From the NCBI RefSeq assembly GCF_044324785.1, contig NZ_CP172127.1: DNA of 64,000 nt, one strand, 5' to 3'. Each line of letters begins with the position of its first letter. The first letter of the stretch is position 1. A model generated the notes under the pieces. It had not been told where the DNA came from. It saw only the letters and a program-made list of their open reading frames with translations, and did no database searches. Shown here piece by piece: positions 29,894 through 39,715 of the stretch. Both the position numbers and the translations under genes were made by a program. Origin of the DNA: Escherichia coli. GTDB taxonomy: Bacteria; Pseudomonadota; Gammaproteobacteria; Enterobacterales; Enterobacteriaceae.

Positions 29894-32653
29894 TCATTCT
29901 TCAGATGAGTTATAATCTCCTGGCTGGTAATTGAGTACATAAACGTTTATTTGTCGTCCCTGAATACGTGGTGATTTTCTTTGGTATCCACGACCGCTGT
30001 TTGGTGGGGTTAGCATCCCGGCTTTTTTCAACACTTCAGCAAACTGTTTTGCGTTGAAACCACATGCGATCTCCTTTTCAAATGTGGCCGGGAATGTGTA
30101 GAAAATCATTGGGCTTTCGTCATGTTCTCCACGCTGACGGTATCCGGCTAAATCTTTGATGGGCAAATCTGCCGGGCTGTATGGAAATGGTGCAAAACGG
30201 CTAAGCCCATAGGCATTAAGAAATGCCTCCGTTTGTTCAATAATCTGCTGATGCTCTTTGTTACCTGTGCCGAACTCGCGCAACCATGCGTTATAGCTGT
30301 GCTGTATCGCATCACGGCATGTCTGAGCATCCCAGCCTGTTACAACCTCGCCTAACAACAATGCGGCCTCCAGAATGGCAAATCGCGCGGCTACACGGTG
30401 AACCTGCTCACCATAATCGGATGGGATCAGGCTTCTCCATCTGCTTTCGCAATCACGAACGGTTTTAATAGCCTGTTGCTGGTGGTGTGCCAGCCATTTA
30501 ATCCACTCACGCCCGGACGCGCCGTGGTGATGCTGGTAAGCGTCTTTCAGTGCGTCTGCGTGCTGTTTTCCGTTCTGGTAATCGTGAAAGCGTACTGCTT
30601 TACTCAACGGAATATTCAGCAGTCGCACCAGTTGCCCGGCTTTGGTTTTTCGCCCGGAAGTAGCGATAAATGTTTCTAAATCCATTTCTCCGGTGCTGAT
30701 TGCCACTGTACGCCAGCGTTTTAGATCCCGGTTTCCACCATCTTTAGCGCCTTGCAGTTTCCCTACACCGTTAAATAACGCATAGGCAGACTGTGAAACG
30801 CTGACAGGATCAGCGCCCTGACCAACTTCATCAAGCGGCATTAGTCCGTCATTGTGGGCGGCGGCCTCATTTGCCAGCCCCAGCGCGGTTCCGTACCACG
30901 TCAGCCGCAGTAAATCAGGGTTGCCGTATAAGCTGCTCGCCACGTTTGCCGTGGTGGTCTTACCTGCGCTCGACTGCTCATAGAAATGAATGCCGAACCC
31001 GTCAGCGCCCACCAGCCCAATCAATGGCGCTGCCAGTGCTGCGCCGATCCCGGTCATCATTGAATAGTTACCAAAGGCCAGACGCGCCACGTTATCACGC
31101 CAGCTTTTCGCGCTCCCTGAGACGGTATATCCGGCTGCGGCTGAGCTTCTCCCGCTGAACAGCACAGGATTTTCAGGTGTTCCGATGATTTCCCCATCAG
31201 GCATGATGTACGCTCCGCATTGCCAGCCAGTGGCATGAGCAACACGCCACAATTCACGAGAGCCACTGCGTTGTAGCCAGTCTGCCAGTATTGCTCTGAG
31301 GCTGCTTTTGGTCGTGACATTTACCCCACCAGCTTTAAGTGTGCGCCATCCTTCACGTTCACCAATATCAGCCAGTGGAATGGCAGCGGTTGTCGGCGTT
31401 TCAGAACCAAACGACAGCCAGCGAAGAATGAGATACTGGTCTTTATCGTCTCTGCCAGTACCGATAACGCTTAACGGAGAACATAACCAGCTTTCGTTAT
31501 TGATGATTTCTCCACTCTGGCTGTCAGCTCTCGGAGATACCCAATAAATACCATCCTCGCGGCTTTCTATTCTTGGTTTCAGTGGGTCGGTATCCATAAC
31601 CTTAAAATCGCTTCCCTCAATGGTCTGTGGCTCCTGTTTCACGCCATTACCCTGTGGTTGGTACATTGACTTATTGAACGCTTCTGTGGCGCATTTAATG
31701 CCGTGTTTTTGGTGGTAATCATTCCAGTCTGCTTTGTGATCTGTCGGGGGTAATGCCACCCATCCAGAAACAGATAAAGCTGCTTTTTCTGCTGCTATTC
31801 TCCCCGTGTTTTGTCTTCCTTCGCTGTGGTCGTTATCCGCAGCAATGATGATTTGTGCTGAAGGAAATTTATCCCGCAGTACCTGGGCGACATATAACAG
31901 GTTCCCGGCATCAATCGCAGCCACTGTCAGCGCCTCTGGACGAATTAAATGGGCAGATAATGCCGTTGCCAGACCTTCTGCGATTAAGATGCTCTGTGTT
32001 GTTTCTGGTGCGTTTATGGCGTGATATGCCCCCCGCTTTGCTGAACCTGTCAGGAGTCTTTTTTCACCATGTGAGGTAATAGTCTGTGCTGCTGTTACTG
32101 CGCCGGATTTATCCACCAGCGCCAGCAACAGAGATCCATCGGGCAACACGGGGAATGTAAAATCACCTACCCCTTTCGCAACCAGATAATCAGATTTGCC
32201 GTTTACAGCCTTTCTGCGCATGTCATCAAACTGACGGGAAAACGTATCCCGTCTTTGTTGTTCGTCCTTCTCTGCCCTTTTCAGGCGCTCCTGTTCGCGT
32301 CGCTGGCGCTCGGTTTCCAGTTGTTCCCGTTTCTGGCTGGTGGCTTCTGGTGTTTCCGTTGTCCGGTAATCAATACCCAGAACATCAGCGGCAAGAAGCG
32401 CCGCCTCTGTTGTGTCGCAGTTATTTACGCGTTTAATTAAATCCAGCCCATCACCAGCGCCGCACTGATTACAGATGAAGCTACCGCGCCCGTTGTCATC
32501 GAACCGGAATCGATCTTTGCCCCCACATGCAGGGCAGGGAGCATGACGGCGCGGAGAGTCAGGGACATTTATGTTCAGGCAGCCCAGCACATGAGGCCAG
32601 TTGTTTTCAGACGCACTGATAACCTGACGGATAAGATCAATGTTTCGCATCAC
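29894..32653 (-). CDS. P4 alpha-like primase/helicase replication protein (zinc-ribbon, Toprim and P-loop NTPase domains)
   Basis: 919-aa ORF; N-terminal CPACGG...CNQCG zinc ribbon; Toprim-like AADNDHSEGRQNTG; Walker A SSAGKTTT in C-terminal half. Confidence 0.8.
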   Translation of the reverse strand: MMRNIDLIRQVISASENNWPHVLGCLNINVPDSPRRHAPCPACGGKDRFRFDDNGRGSFICNQCGAGDGLDLIKRVNNCDTTEAALLAADVLGIDYRTTETPEATSQKREQLETERQRREQERLKRAEKDEQQRRDTFSRQFDDMRRKAVNGKSDYLVAKGVGDFTFPVLPDGSLLLALVDKSGAVTAAQTITSHGEKRLLTGSAKRGAYHAINAPETTQSILIAEGLATALSAHLIRPEALTVAAIDAGNLLYVAQVLRDKFPSAQIIIAADNDHSEGRQNTGRIAAEKAALSVSGWVALPPTDHKADWNDYHQKHGIKCATEAFNKSMYQPQGNGVKQEPQTIEGSDFKVMDTDPLKPRIESREDGIYWVSPRADSQSGEIINNESWLCSPLSVIGTGRDDKDQYLILRWLSFGSETPTTAAIPLADIGEREGWRTLKAGGVNVTTKSSLRAILADWLQRSGSRELWRVAHATGWQCGAYIMPDGEIIGTPENPVLFSGRSSAAAGYTVSGSAKSWRDNVARLAFGNYSMMTGIGAALAAPLIGLVGADGFGIHFYEQSSAGKTTTANVASSLYGNPDLLRLTWYGTALGLANEAAAHNDGLMPLDEVGQGADPVSVSQSAYALFNGVGKLQGAKDGGNRDLKRWRTVAISTGEMDLETFIATSGRKTKAGQLVRLLNIPLSKAVRFHDYQNGKQHADALKDAYQHHHGASGREWIKWLAHHQQQAIKTVRDCESRWRSLIPSDYGEQVHRVAARFAILEAALLLGEVVTGWDAQTCRDAIQHSYNAWLREFGTGNKEHQQIIEQTEAFLNAYGLSRFAPFPYSPADLPIKDLAGYRQRGEHDESPMIFYTFPATFEKEIACGFNAKQFAEVLKKAGMLTPPNSGRGYQRKSPRIQGRQINVYVLNYQPGDYNSSEE

Positions 32654-33008
32654 CGTACCCCACGTGGTCTATAGCGTTTGCGATATGGCTAACCAGCATC
32701 TGCCACTTGGTTATTCCGTAATCAGTCAGCATGCCATCATTGTTTAGCCACATATCAAATTCAGCGGTTGTCGCAAGTTTCCACTTATCGCCGTGGACAG
32801 TCCTCATTGCTGGGTACATGAATGCGCAAATCAGATCACAAACATCTGACGGCTTCAGAGATGTAGTAATGGTGCGTCCCTCTGGCGTCTGAATTGCCAT
32901 TTTCTCTTCACCAGTAGAATGAAGGTTATGAATCCACACAGCACCAGCAATCTTTGCCACCTGCTCTCCGATTGCGGAGCTAAGCGCCATTTCTGCATTT
33001 TCACGCAT
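32637..33008 (-). CDS. hypothetical protein (P4-like early operon)
   Basis: 123-aa ORF; stop overlaps primase start. Confidence 0.4.
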   Translation of the reverse strand: MRENAEMALSSAIGEQVAKIAGAVWIHNLHSTGEEKMAIQTPEGRTITTSLKPSDVCDLICAFMYPAMRTVHGDKWKLATTAEFDMWLNNDGMLTDYGITKWQMLVSHIANAIDHVGYGDAKH

Positions 33009-33342
33009 GAGAACCTCCCGCTACAGTTGCGCCCATGTCATTAACCATGCTTTGCCATATCTCACGCCCGACGTCAGTCAATCCGTCCTTAGTGACGCAA
33101 CGTTCAAGAAGCTCGATCCCCACGGTTTCCCACTGCGGGTAGAACACTTTCATGGCTGCCAGTGTGTAGCTATCGATCAGGCTGCGAACGCCTTTTACTC
33201 CATTGACGATTTCCACACGGACGGCCTCGCCGTCCGCATCAACCATGAAATAGTCCCCGCCGCTGGTGGAGGTAATGTGGTTATACAGTGCCGACGCATA
33301 CTTATTTGCCAGCGCATTCAGTCGGAAATTTTTAGTAATCAT
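33001..33342 (-). CDS. hypothetical protein (P4-like early operon)
   Basis: 113-aa ORF overlapping downstream gene start by 8 nt. Confidence 0.4.
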   Translation of the reverse strand: MITKNFRLNALANKYASALYNHITSTSGGDYFMVDADGEAVRVEIVNGVKGVRSLIDSYTLAAMKVFYPQWETVGIELLERCVTKDGLTDVGREIWQSMVNDMGATVAGGSHA

Positions 33343-33352
33343 GGCTCCATCC

Positions 33353-33955
33353 TCAGTGCGTCACTGGTTCCGCTGGCATGCCGTTTTCATTCAGTTCAGC
33401 TATAAAGCTGTTGTGAAGTTCAGCAAGCGTTTCACGCCCAAATGGAGTCAGTGCTCCTTGTTCCACATCCATCATGGCTCTGTAGAAAATGATGGCGCGT
33501 TCTGTGCCAGACTCGATGCCAAAACGTTCTATCATCGCGCCCTCAATGTTGTTTGCCATAGCGAGGCGCTCTGCTACTGGATACAGCGGCATGGCGACGA
33601 TGCCGTTGGAATAAACAGCCACTTCGGAAGGATTGCCAGTATCATCAATGATGCTGACAGTGCCGTTTTCCTCTCTCATTTCCAGCATGAATACTGTTGC
33701 GATCAGCCATCTCCACATAATGACGTTATGCTGTGATGTGTAATCGAAATATCCCTGGTTGCCGCCATCGGCAATAGCGAGATGTATTGACATACCTTCA
33801 TCTGGTTTATCGTCATAATCCCCGGCATCCAGACGATTTACGGCATCAATATATGAGATGGCCTCAACGCGTTCTGTCATGCCATCGTTGCTGCGGTACA
33901 TGATGTTTACGCCGTCAGGCGTTGCTTCTGCATGGAAAGTTAAGAAATTATTCAT
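33353..33955 (-). CDS. hypothetical protein (P4-like early operon)
   Basis: ~200-aa frame from MNNFLTFHAEATPDG; listed ORF is N-terminally over-extended into upstream gene. Confidence 0.4.
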   Translation of the reverse strand: MNNFLTFHAEATPDGVNIMYRSNDGMTERVEAISYIDAVNRLDAGDYDDKPDEGMSIHLAIADGGNQGYFDYTSQHNVIMWRWLIATVFMLEMREENGTVSIIDDTGNPSEVAVYSNGIVAMPLYPVAERLAMANNIEGAMIERFGIESGTERAIIFYRAMMDVEQGALTPFGRETLAELHNSFIAELNENGMPAEPVTH

Positions 33956-34169
33956 GTTTCGCTTCGCCTGAATGATTCTGTAACTCATATTTGCCCAACA
34001 ATTCGTCCGCTTCCTGAATAGCTTCTGGTACGCCATTGAGCAGTGACATAACCGCGCCAATCATTAACTTGTCTCTGTTGCTGGGGCTGGCCCCTTCAAG
34101 CCAGAACCCTAAAACAGTCTGAACCTGTTCGATGCGACATTGCGCTTCAATGAGCTGGATGTTGGTCAT
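33948..34169 (-). CDS. hypothetical small protein
   Basis: 73-aa ORF with ATGA start/stop overlap to upstream gene. Confidence 0.35.
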   Translation of the reverse strand: MTNIQLIEAQCRIEQVQTVLGFWLEGASPSNRDKLMIGAVMSLLNGVPEAIQEADELLGKYELQNHSGEAKHE

Positions 34170-34429
34170 TTCGCACTCTCCACATCGATTAAACCGATAT
34201 CTATCAGGGAGGTAACTTTTTGTAGCCAGCTATTGATTACTGTCGCCTGTTCCCCTCCCACCGAGGGAACAATCTCATTCATCACATGAACCAGACCTGT
34301 GCGCGCTCTGGTAAGCCGTTCAGTCGCGCAATCTGCGGGAGTGAATGTGTCTGGATATGGCTCTTCACGCCCCAGCAATGATTCAATTTCCAGCTCACAC
34401 GGATGACGATAAATTAAGTTGATATTCAT
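34166..34429 (-). CDS. hypothetical small protein
   Basis: 87-aa ORF with ATGA start/stop overlap. Confidence 0.35.
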   Translation of the reverse strand: MNINLIYRHPCELEIESLLGREEPYPDTFTPADCATERLTRARTGLVHVMNEIVPSVGGEQATVINSWLQKVTSLIDIGLIDVESAK

Positions 34430-34620
34430 TTTTCACCCCCAAGAATTACCAGCTCGGCACGGGCATCGTTAACCAAAGATGAGCACGCTTTAATCGCATC
34501 CACGACATCAGCAGCGTCCATTTCTTCAGCCGAAAGACTGACAGCAACCAGGACAGCCGCTGCTTGCTCGATTAATTGAAGTGCGGACGTAAGGCGAGGG
34601 GTATTAATTGAGTTATTCAT
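34426..34620 (-). CDS. hypothetical small protein
   Basis: 64-aa frame from MNNSINTPRLTSAL; start overlaps upstream gene stop. Confidence 0.3.
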   Translation of the reverse strand: MNNSINTPRLTSALQLIEQAAAVLVAVSLSAEEMDAADVVDAIKACSSLVNDARAELVILGGEK

Positions 34621-34828
34621 TGGTTGCCCCCGTTTTTCCTGGCATTTCGCCACCTTCCAGCAGGAAATGAACGTCACGAACGGCGAGATCCAATATCGCG
34701 AGTAACGCCTTCAGTCTTTCGTCTCGTGAGGGAGAGTTGCTCACCAGAATGTCGTTAATCACTTCTGTCAGTGTGATGATCTGGCTTGTGCGTTCGAGGG
34801 GATCCATATGCACATCGTAGGTTTTAAT
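34613..34828 (-). CDS. hypothetical small protein
   Basis: 71-aa frame MIKTYDVHMDPLERTSQ...; its ATG overlaps the stop of the 34824-35042 ORF (ATGA). Confidence 0.35.
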   Translation of the reverse strand: MKTYDVHMDPLERTSQIITLTEVINDILVSNSPSRDERLKALLAILDLAVRDVHFLLEGGEMPGKTGATNE

Positions 34829-35042
34829 CATGAGCCACCTCCATGCGGATACGACCAGCAAAAAAGCAGACGTGATCGCGCACCAGAGAACGGCGAGCAT
34901 CGCGTTCAGACTCGGCAGCAATATGATGAATTTTGGCGGTAATTGTCGGGCAATCGCGGCGAACTGCGGCGATAATCCAGATAAATTGCGGTTTTTGGGT
35001 AGGGGTAGTAGCCAGCATGTGGCAGCCTCCATTCGATAGCAT
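34824..35042 (-). CDS. hypothetical small protein (first gene of the overlapping early operon; alternative to the 355-aa read-through frame)
   Basis: 72-aa ORF with balanced charged composition; translationally coupled to downstream gene. Confidence 0.3.
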   Translation of the reverse strand: MLSNGGCHMLATTPTQKPQFIWIIAAVRRDCPTITAKIHHIAAESERDARRSLVRDHVCFFAGRIRMEVAHD

Positions 35043-35848
35043 GTAACGCTACCACCGGAAACGCCAATTTCGCTGGTGGTAGCCCAGACAGGGTTGGCGT
35101 AACCGGCTCGAATGGATACCGGCGCTTCCGAAGAAGCCCCTGCCTGAGCCACCATTGATTGACAAAGGCGCTGGATTATACACCAACGCCCAAAAAATGG
35201 GTGAGTCAGACCTACGACATAAAAAAAGACGCTCGGCGCGTCATATGTCGCCATTCGATTTACCAGGACGCCAATCCCGGCACCCGTTTTATGAGGTGCC
35301 TTATAACCATAAACCGTGTTGCCGCATAACGGCAAGCTCTTTTTTATGGACTCCGAAAACTCGCTATTGGAAGCACCAGATGCACAGTACATCGCGCTCA
35401 TTTCGTTAACGTCACGCACGTGGACGAATGTTTTTGTGGAGTCACTACACGAGCGGAAGACATCATCTACGACCAGAAATTTTCTGGCGCAGCCGCTGAC
35501 CTTCTCAACGCTAACACCATCGACCGTAATTTCTGACATAGTTAAGGCATCCGCTCCCACCACCAGAAAATGATAAACTTTGCTTGTATCTGCTGTATTA
35601 ATGCCAGACTTTGCTGTCATATTGCTGGATTTTGGCGACATACCTGCCAGTGAAAATGTCTTCTTCTGGACGGTTAGCATTTGTTAACCTCCGCGAACTC
35701 CTTCATGAAACGTGCCAGCGGTTGTACGCATGGCGATTGATACCCGTCGCGATAAAACGTCACTCGGTTGTGAGACACGCTTTCGACAGTAACGAGTGCT
35801 CCGTGGGCATCTTTGTAGCGTTTTTGAGGTTGTGGTGTTCCTGTCGGC

Positions 35849-36682
35849 TTAAACATGGACCGCCTCCAGACGCTTGGCGAGCCAGCGTTGCGACAGGCGG
35901 GTGAGTTCTCCTTTGCGCTGCTCATATTCCATGCCCATATCAATTAACGTGATATTGGTGCTTTCGAGATATGAGAGGTGCTCAAGCTGTTCTGCGTTCA
36001 TATGGTCGCGAGGTTCGCCAGAATAGCCATTTATCCGCGCCCACTGCTTAGCAGTTAGCCCACCAAGAACGATACGAGAAATCATATTGCTCTCGTTTGT
36101 GTAGTGGTGTTGCTGCGTCGTTTTCCCCTGCTCGGCACGGGCCATATTCAGCGCATCGCACATTGGCTTAAAGTTGTTTGCGGCACTAATACGGGCTTTT
36201 AGCTGGCGACGATAGCGGGCGGCGATTTCAGGCACGCTACGCTGTAATTCTTCCTCGCACTGGATGAAATAACGACGGATAGCGCGACCCTGATCATTGC
36301 GTTCGATCATTGCCAGTTCTTTCGCCATTCCGACACTTAACAGATAGTCTTTGCCGGGTCTGCCAGACTGCTTAATCTTGCTGTAAGCCGCGCCATTCGG
36401 GCTTTTCCCCAAATTTGGGGAAATTGTTTTATGGACTGAGTAATCGTGCCCAATGGTGAAGTCATATTCAGAGATGCGATCAGTGATCCATGTAGAGAAG
36501 TCTTTTCCCACGCCCAACGCTTTGTGTAACGCTTTTGCGCTAACAATATTGGTTTCACGCCCACCGATATGACCAGGAATAACCGGGACAATTGCGGCAA
36601 ATTCATTACCGTTAATTGTGCCCAGAGAGGCGTTCAGATGAGGGGCGGCCTCAGAAATTAATCTGCTTTTTTCGATGTTCAT
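35849..36682 (-). CDS. phage antirepressor-like protein (AntA/KilA-type domains)
   Basis: 277-aa ORF; N-terminal half resembles phage antirepressor N-domain as I recall it; basic helical C-terminal half. Confidence 0.4.
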   Translation of the reverse strand: MNIEKSRLISEAAPHLNASLGTINGNEFAAIVPVIPGHIGGRETNIVSAKALHKALGVGKDFSTWITDRISEYDFTIGHDYSVHKTISPNLGKSPNGAAYSKIKQSGRPGKDYLLSVGMAKELAMIERNDQGRAIRRYFIQCEEELQRSVPEIAARYRRQLKARISAANNFKPMCDALNMARAEQGKTTQQHHYTNESNMISRIVLGGLTAKQWARINGYSGEPRDHMNAEQLEHLSYLESTNITLIDMGMEYEQRKGELTRLSQRWLAKRLEAVHV

Positions 36683-36694
36683 TTTCAGTCTCCG

Positions 36695-37126
36695 TTAGGC
36701 GGCGTTAAACGCGTCCGGGTAGAGTTTCAGAATGTCGGCAATTTCCTGCTGAGAAAGTCCGTTGTGATCATTTATGTTCGCAAGATGGTTAACATGAGTG
36801 ATCACTTTCAGAACATCACCACGGCAGGAGAAACGGTAGCGGAGGTGTGTTCCGATACCATCAGGATTCTTTTCGTCGATACGCTCCAGAATGATTCCAA
36901 GCTGGCGTTCTAACTCTGTTGCATAGTTACGACCAGAAGACAGACGGCAGTAGCGAAGAATGTCATTTTCTGTCCATCCCTCTATACCAGTACGCAGCAT
37001 ATAGACTCTGGCACGATGTTTTTTCGGTGTGCGCTTTGGTGCTTGAAGGGATTTTTTCAGGGGCGTAACATCAGACACGCGAATATCTGAATTAGCCGCC
37101 TGTAATGGGCGGTTTTTCTTTTCCAT
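36695..37126 (-). CDS. hypothetical protein
   Basis: 143-aa ORF; start overlaps alpA-like stop by 1 nt. Confidence 0.4.
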   Translation of the reverse strand: MEKKNRPLQAANSDIRVSDVTPLKKSLQAPKRTPKKHRARVYMLRTGIEGWTENDILRYCRLSSGRNYATELERQLGIILERIDEKNPDGIGTHLRYRFSCRGDVLKVITHVNHLANINDHNGLSQQEIADILKLYPDAFNAA

Positions 37127-37329
37127 CAGGCCACCTTCCCGCGGCGTTCTGCCAGCCAGTTGTGAATCTCAACCGCATCAAACGCAGTTATTTTTTCTCC
37201 CAGCTTTACTGGACGTGGTAGTGAACCGTTTCTTACTTTACGGTCGATGGTGGATACACTAACGCCCAGCAATTCAGCCAGGCGAAAGCGTCTGATATAG
37301 CCTTTTGTAGGGATAGTGTCGATGTTCAT
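37126..37329 (-). CDS. alpA: AlpA-family phage transcriptional regulator/excisionase-like protein
   Basis: 67-aa protein with HTH LAELLGVSVSTIDRKVRNGSLPRPVKLG typical of AlpA/Xis-like proteins; near the integrase. Confidence 0.75.
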   Translation of the reverse strand: MNIDTIPTKGYIRRFRLAELLGVSVSTIDRKVRNGSLPRPVKLGEKITAFDAVEIHNWLAERRGKVA

Positions 37330-37435
37330 GATTCCCGTAACCTCTTAGCGATAGTTGTTGCTTCGTTACGAGAAATCTAGCTGTATAGATATACAATGAA
37401 AAGGTACTGTAATTTTGCAGTACCTCTATAGTAAG

Positions 37436-38386
37436 TTAACTATCCACTTTGCCATTTGCCGCAGATCGTAGATGTTTAAGAATTACATCTTCATTAGTTA
37501 TCATAAGTGGTGGAACTTCGTCTAAATGACGAACAAGACAGTCACGCCACTTCTCAGGGCTTATTTCTTTCCTTTCTCCCCTGCATTCATTTGGATACTT
37601 ACTAAGTATATAAATTGCAGATTTTAATAGTTTCTCCCTATTGACTGCGTACCGTTCGGCACGTTTATTAACTTTTAGCGTATTTATATCATTGGATAAC
37701 TTGTTTGCGGATGGTTTGTGCATGGGTCTGTCATAAATATATTTTCCTCCATTTATAAGAAGATTGTATTCATAGTCAGTTATATACATTTTGTTTCGGC
37801 TTATTTCATACCAGCCGTCAATATAAAAAGCTCCGATTTCATAATTATTCGATTTGCTAAACTCGTCACATCTCGGAGGTATCAGTTCGCATACAGAGAT
37901 CTCCCAATCATCCCATTCTGATAGCTCCCGCTCATCGTTATCTATGAACGCAGGCGGAATTGCTAATAGACCGCTCCATCTTTCGATATCTCTTTCATCC
38001 TTCCCAACATTGTATCGCTCTATAACTGAGAAATGTTCTGATTTGTATGAAAACCTCATAAAATACATATAGTTATCGCTATTTTTATAATCAAGTGATG
38101 ATAAGCCATATGATTCGAGATTATCTGCCTTATTGCTCAGATCAAGGAGATAATTCTCATGTGCTGCTTTTGTATCTATATGAAAAATACTATCTGTTTC
38201 AACTTTAAGTAATTCTGGCTCGGCATCTTCATTTTTTGGGTAATGGTAAAACAATTCAATAGGTGGAATTTTTATACATATTTCTAAAACCCCAATTGCT
38301 GCATAGTGTATTAAATCGGATACTTCACATCCGGCCAGTTTGGCTGCTTTATCCAAAGAATAATATTTATGCGCAGGTAATTTCAT
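37436..38386 (-). CDS. hypothetical protein in an AT-rich segment, int-proximal cargo; possible N-terminal HTH
   Basis: 316-aa ORF with Lys/Tyr/Asn/Glu-rich composition; N-terminus YSLDKAAKLAGCEVSDLIHYAAIG resembles an excisionase-type HTH; no catalytic motif recognised. Confidence 0.5.
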   Translation of the reverse strand: MKLPAHKYYSLDKAAKLAGCEVSDLIHYAAIGVLEICIKIPPIELFYHYPKNEDAEPELLKVETDSIFHIDTKAAHENYLLDLSNKADNLESYGLSSLDYKNSDNYMYFMRFSYKSEHFSVIERYNVGKDERDIERWSGLLAIPPAFIDNDERELSEWDDWEISVCELIPPRCDEFSKSNNYEIGAFYIDGWYEISRNKMYITDYEYNLLINGGKYIYDRPMHKPSANKLSNDINTLKVNKRAERYAVNREKLLKSAIYILSKYPNECRGERKEISPEKWRDCLVRHLDEVPPLMITNEDVILKHLRSAANGKVDS

Positions 38387-38404
38387 TATGAATCTTTCCT
38401 CTCA

Positions 38405-39658
38405 TCATGCTCTGATTGGCGTTACGTTGTAGTCTTTTCCGCTTTCCAGTGCCACCAGCAGATCTGCCCACTGTGCTAGTGCTGCTTTACGCTCATCAAA
38501 ATACTGATGACGGTTATAAATCCCCTCTACGCCCTTAATGCGATGATTGAGGCATCGTTCCGCCACGACAGGATCAACACCCAATGCTGCTAAATGAGTA
38601 CGTGCGGTGCGTCGGAAGTCGTGAATCGTGAAATTAGGCACATCCGGAATTTCGGCGCGAACCTTAGCCAGTGCTACGGGTAAAGTGCTTTCCTGAATAT
38701 GTGGGATCATTCTGTTTTGCATCTTCCTGGCCGGAAGCACCCATGCGCTATTACATGAAAAGGTGTGTAGCTCTCTCAACCATTCAACGGCTGGGGAAGG
38801 TAGAGGTATATCAATAGGGTCTCCGTTTTTGCTGCGTTCTTCCGGCAAATGCCATACCGCACCATCTAAATCAAACTCTTCCCATCGTGCGGCGCATAAC
38901 TCCATCTTACGAACGCATAGTGCCAGCAATAGTTTAAATGTCAGTTCGTTTTGGCGGCTGAATCCTTTTGCGGTGCGCATAGCCTCGAATAGTCTGATAA
39001 GCTCATCGCGAGTTAGCCAACGGTCGCGGGAAACCTCTTTACCACCAGCATCAGATACTTCAAACGCTGAACAAGGGTTTATCTCCAGAGCGTGGCGTTT
39101 TATCCCATAGTCAAAGATACGGCGTGTCCAGCGCAATACATCTGTTGCTATCGTTGGTGCTCCTCGGTCAACGATACCTTTCAACATGTCGTCAATGTGG
39201 CGTGGCTTAACGTCCTCTACCTTCATATGCCCAATGCAGGGGTTAATATCCTTATCAATTCTCCGGCGAAGGATATCGGGATGTTTCCATCTCGGAAGTA
39301 TCTGGCGCTCGAAGTATTCGGAGGCCAGATCTGAAACACGCATGGCGTTTTTCTCAGCCTCCATTTTTGCCAGTGCTTCAGCTTTTCGTTCCTGTTTCTC
39401 TGCTGCTACGTCATAGCCAAGAGCAACTCTGGCTGACAGCTCTTTTGCTGTTTCTCTGGCTTTTGATAGTGACAGTTCGGAGTAAGAGCCTATAACCATA
39501 GCCCGCTGCTTTCCTGCGAGCTTATAGCGGAATCGCCAGAACGGGACTGTGTAGTTTTTGGGGTAGCAAATATAAAGGCCGTTGCCGTCTGCCTTGCCAT
39601 CAAATCTGTCTCCCGCCTTTATCCATGCGCGGATCTGCATATCTGTGAGTTTTGGCAT
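38405..39658 (-). CDS. int: P4-type tyrosine integrase
   Basis: 417-aa translation from MPKLTDMQIRAWIKAGDRFDGKADGNGLY; C-terminal catalytic region with HDFRRTARTHL and Tyr near the C-terminus; listed ORF start over-extended. Confidence 0.85.
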   Translation of the reverse strand: MPKLTDMQIRAWIKAGDRFDGKADGNGLYICYPKNYTVPFWRFRYKLAGKQRAMVIGSYSELSLSKARETAKELSARVALGYDVAAEKQERKAEALAKMEAEKNAMRVSDLASEYFERQILPRWKHPDILRRRIDKDINPCIGHMKVEDVKPRHIDDMLKGIVDRGAPTIATDVLRWTRRIFDYGIKRHALEINPCSAFEVSDAGGKEVSRDRWLTRDELIRLFEAMRTAKGFSRQNELTFKLLLALCVRKMELCAARWEEFDLDGAVWHLPEERSKNGDPIDIPLPSPAVEWLRELHTFSCNSAWVLPARKMQNRMIPHIQESTLPVALAKVRAEIPDVPNFTIHDFRRTARTHLAALGVDPVVAERCLNHRIKGVEGIYNRHQYFDERKAALAQWADLLVALESGKDYNVTPIRA

Positions 39659-39715
39659 TGCGAATACCTGAATATCGAATATGGGTGTGTACATAAAGCA
39701 ATGTACATGAAAGTC

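Noticed and set aside
34613-35680. Single 355-aa protein call
   Set aside because: Not accepted as one gene: its C-terminal 71 codons form a coupled small gene (34613-34828), a nested 72-aa ORF in another frame is coupled to it, and the middle is W/C/L-rich like out-of-frame translation. Kept as an open question in findings.
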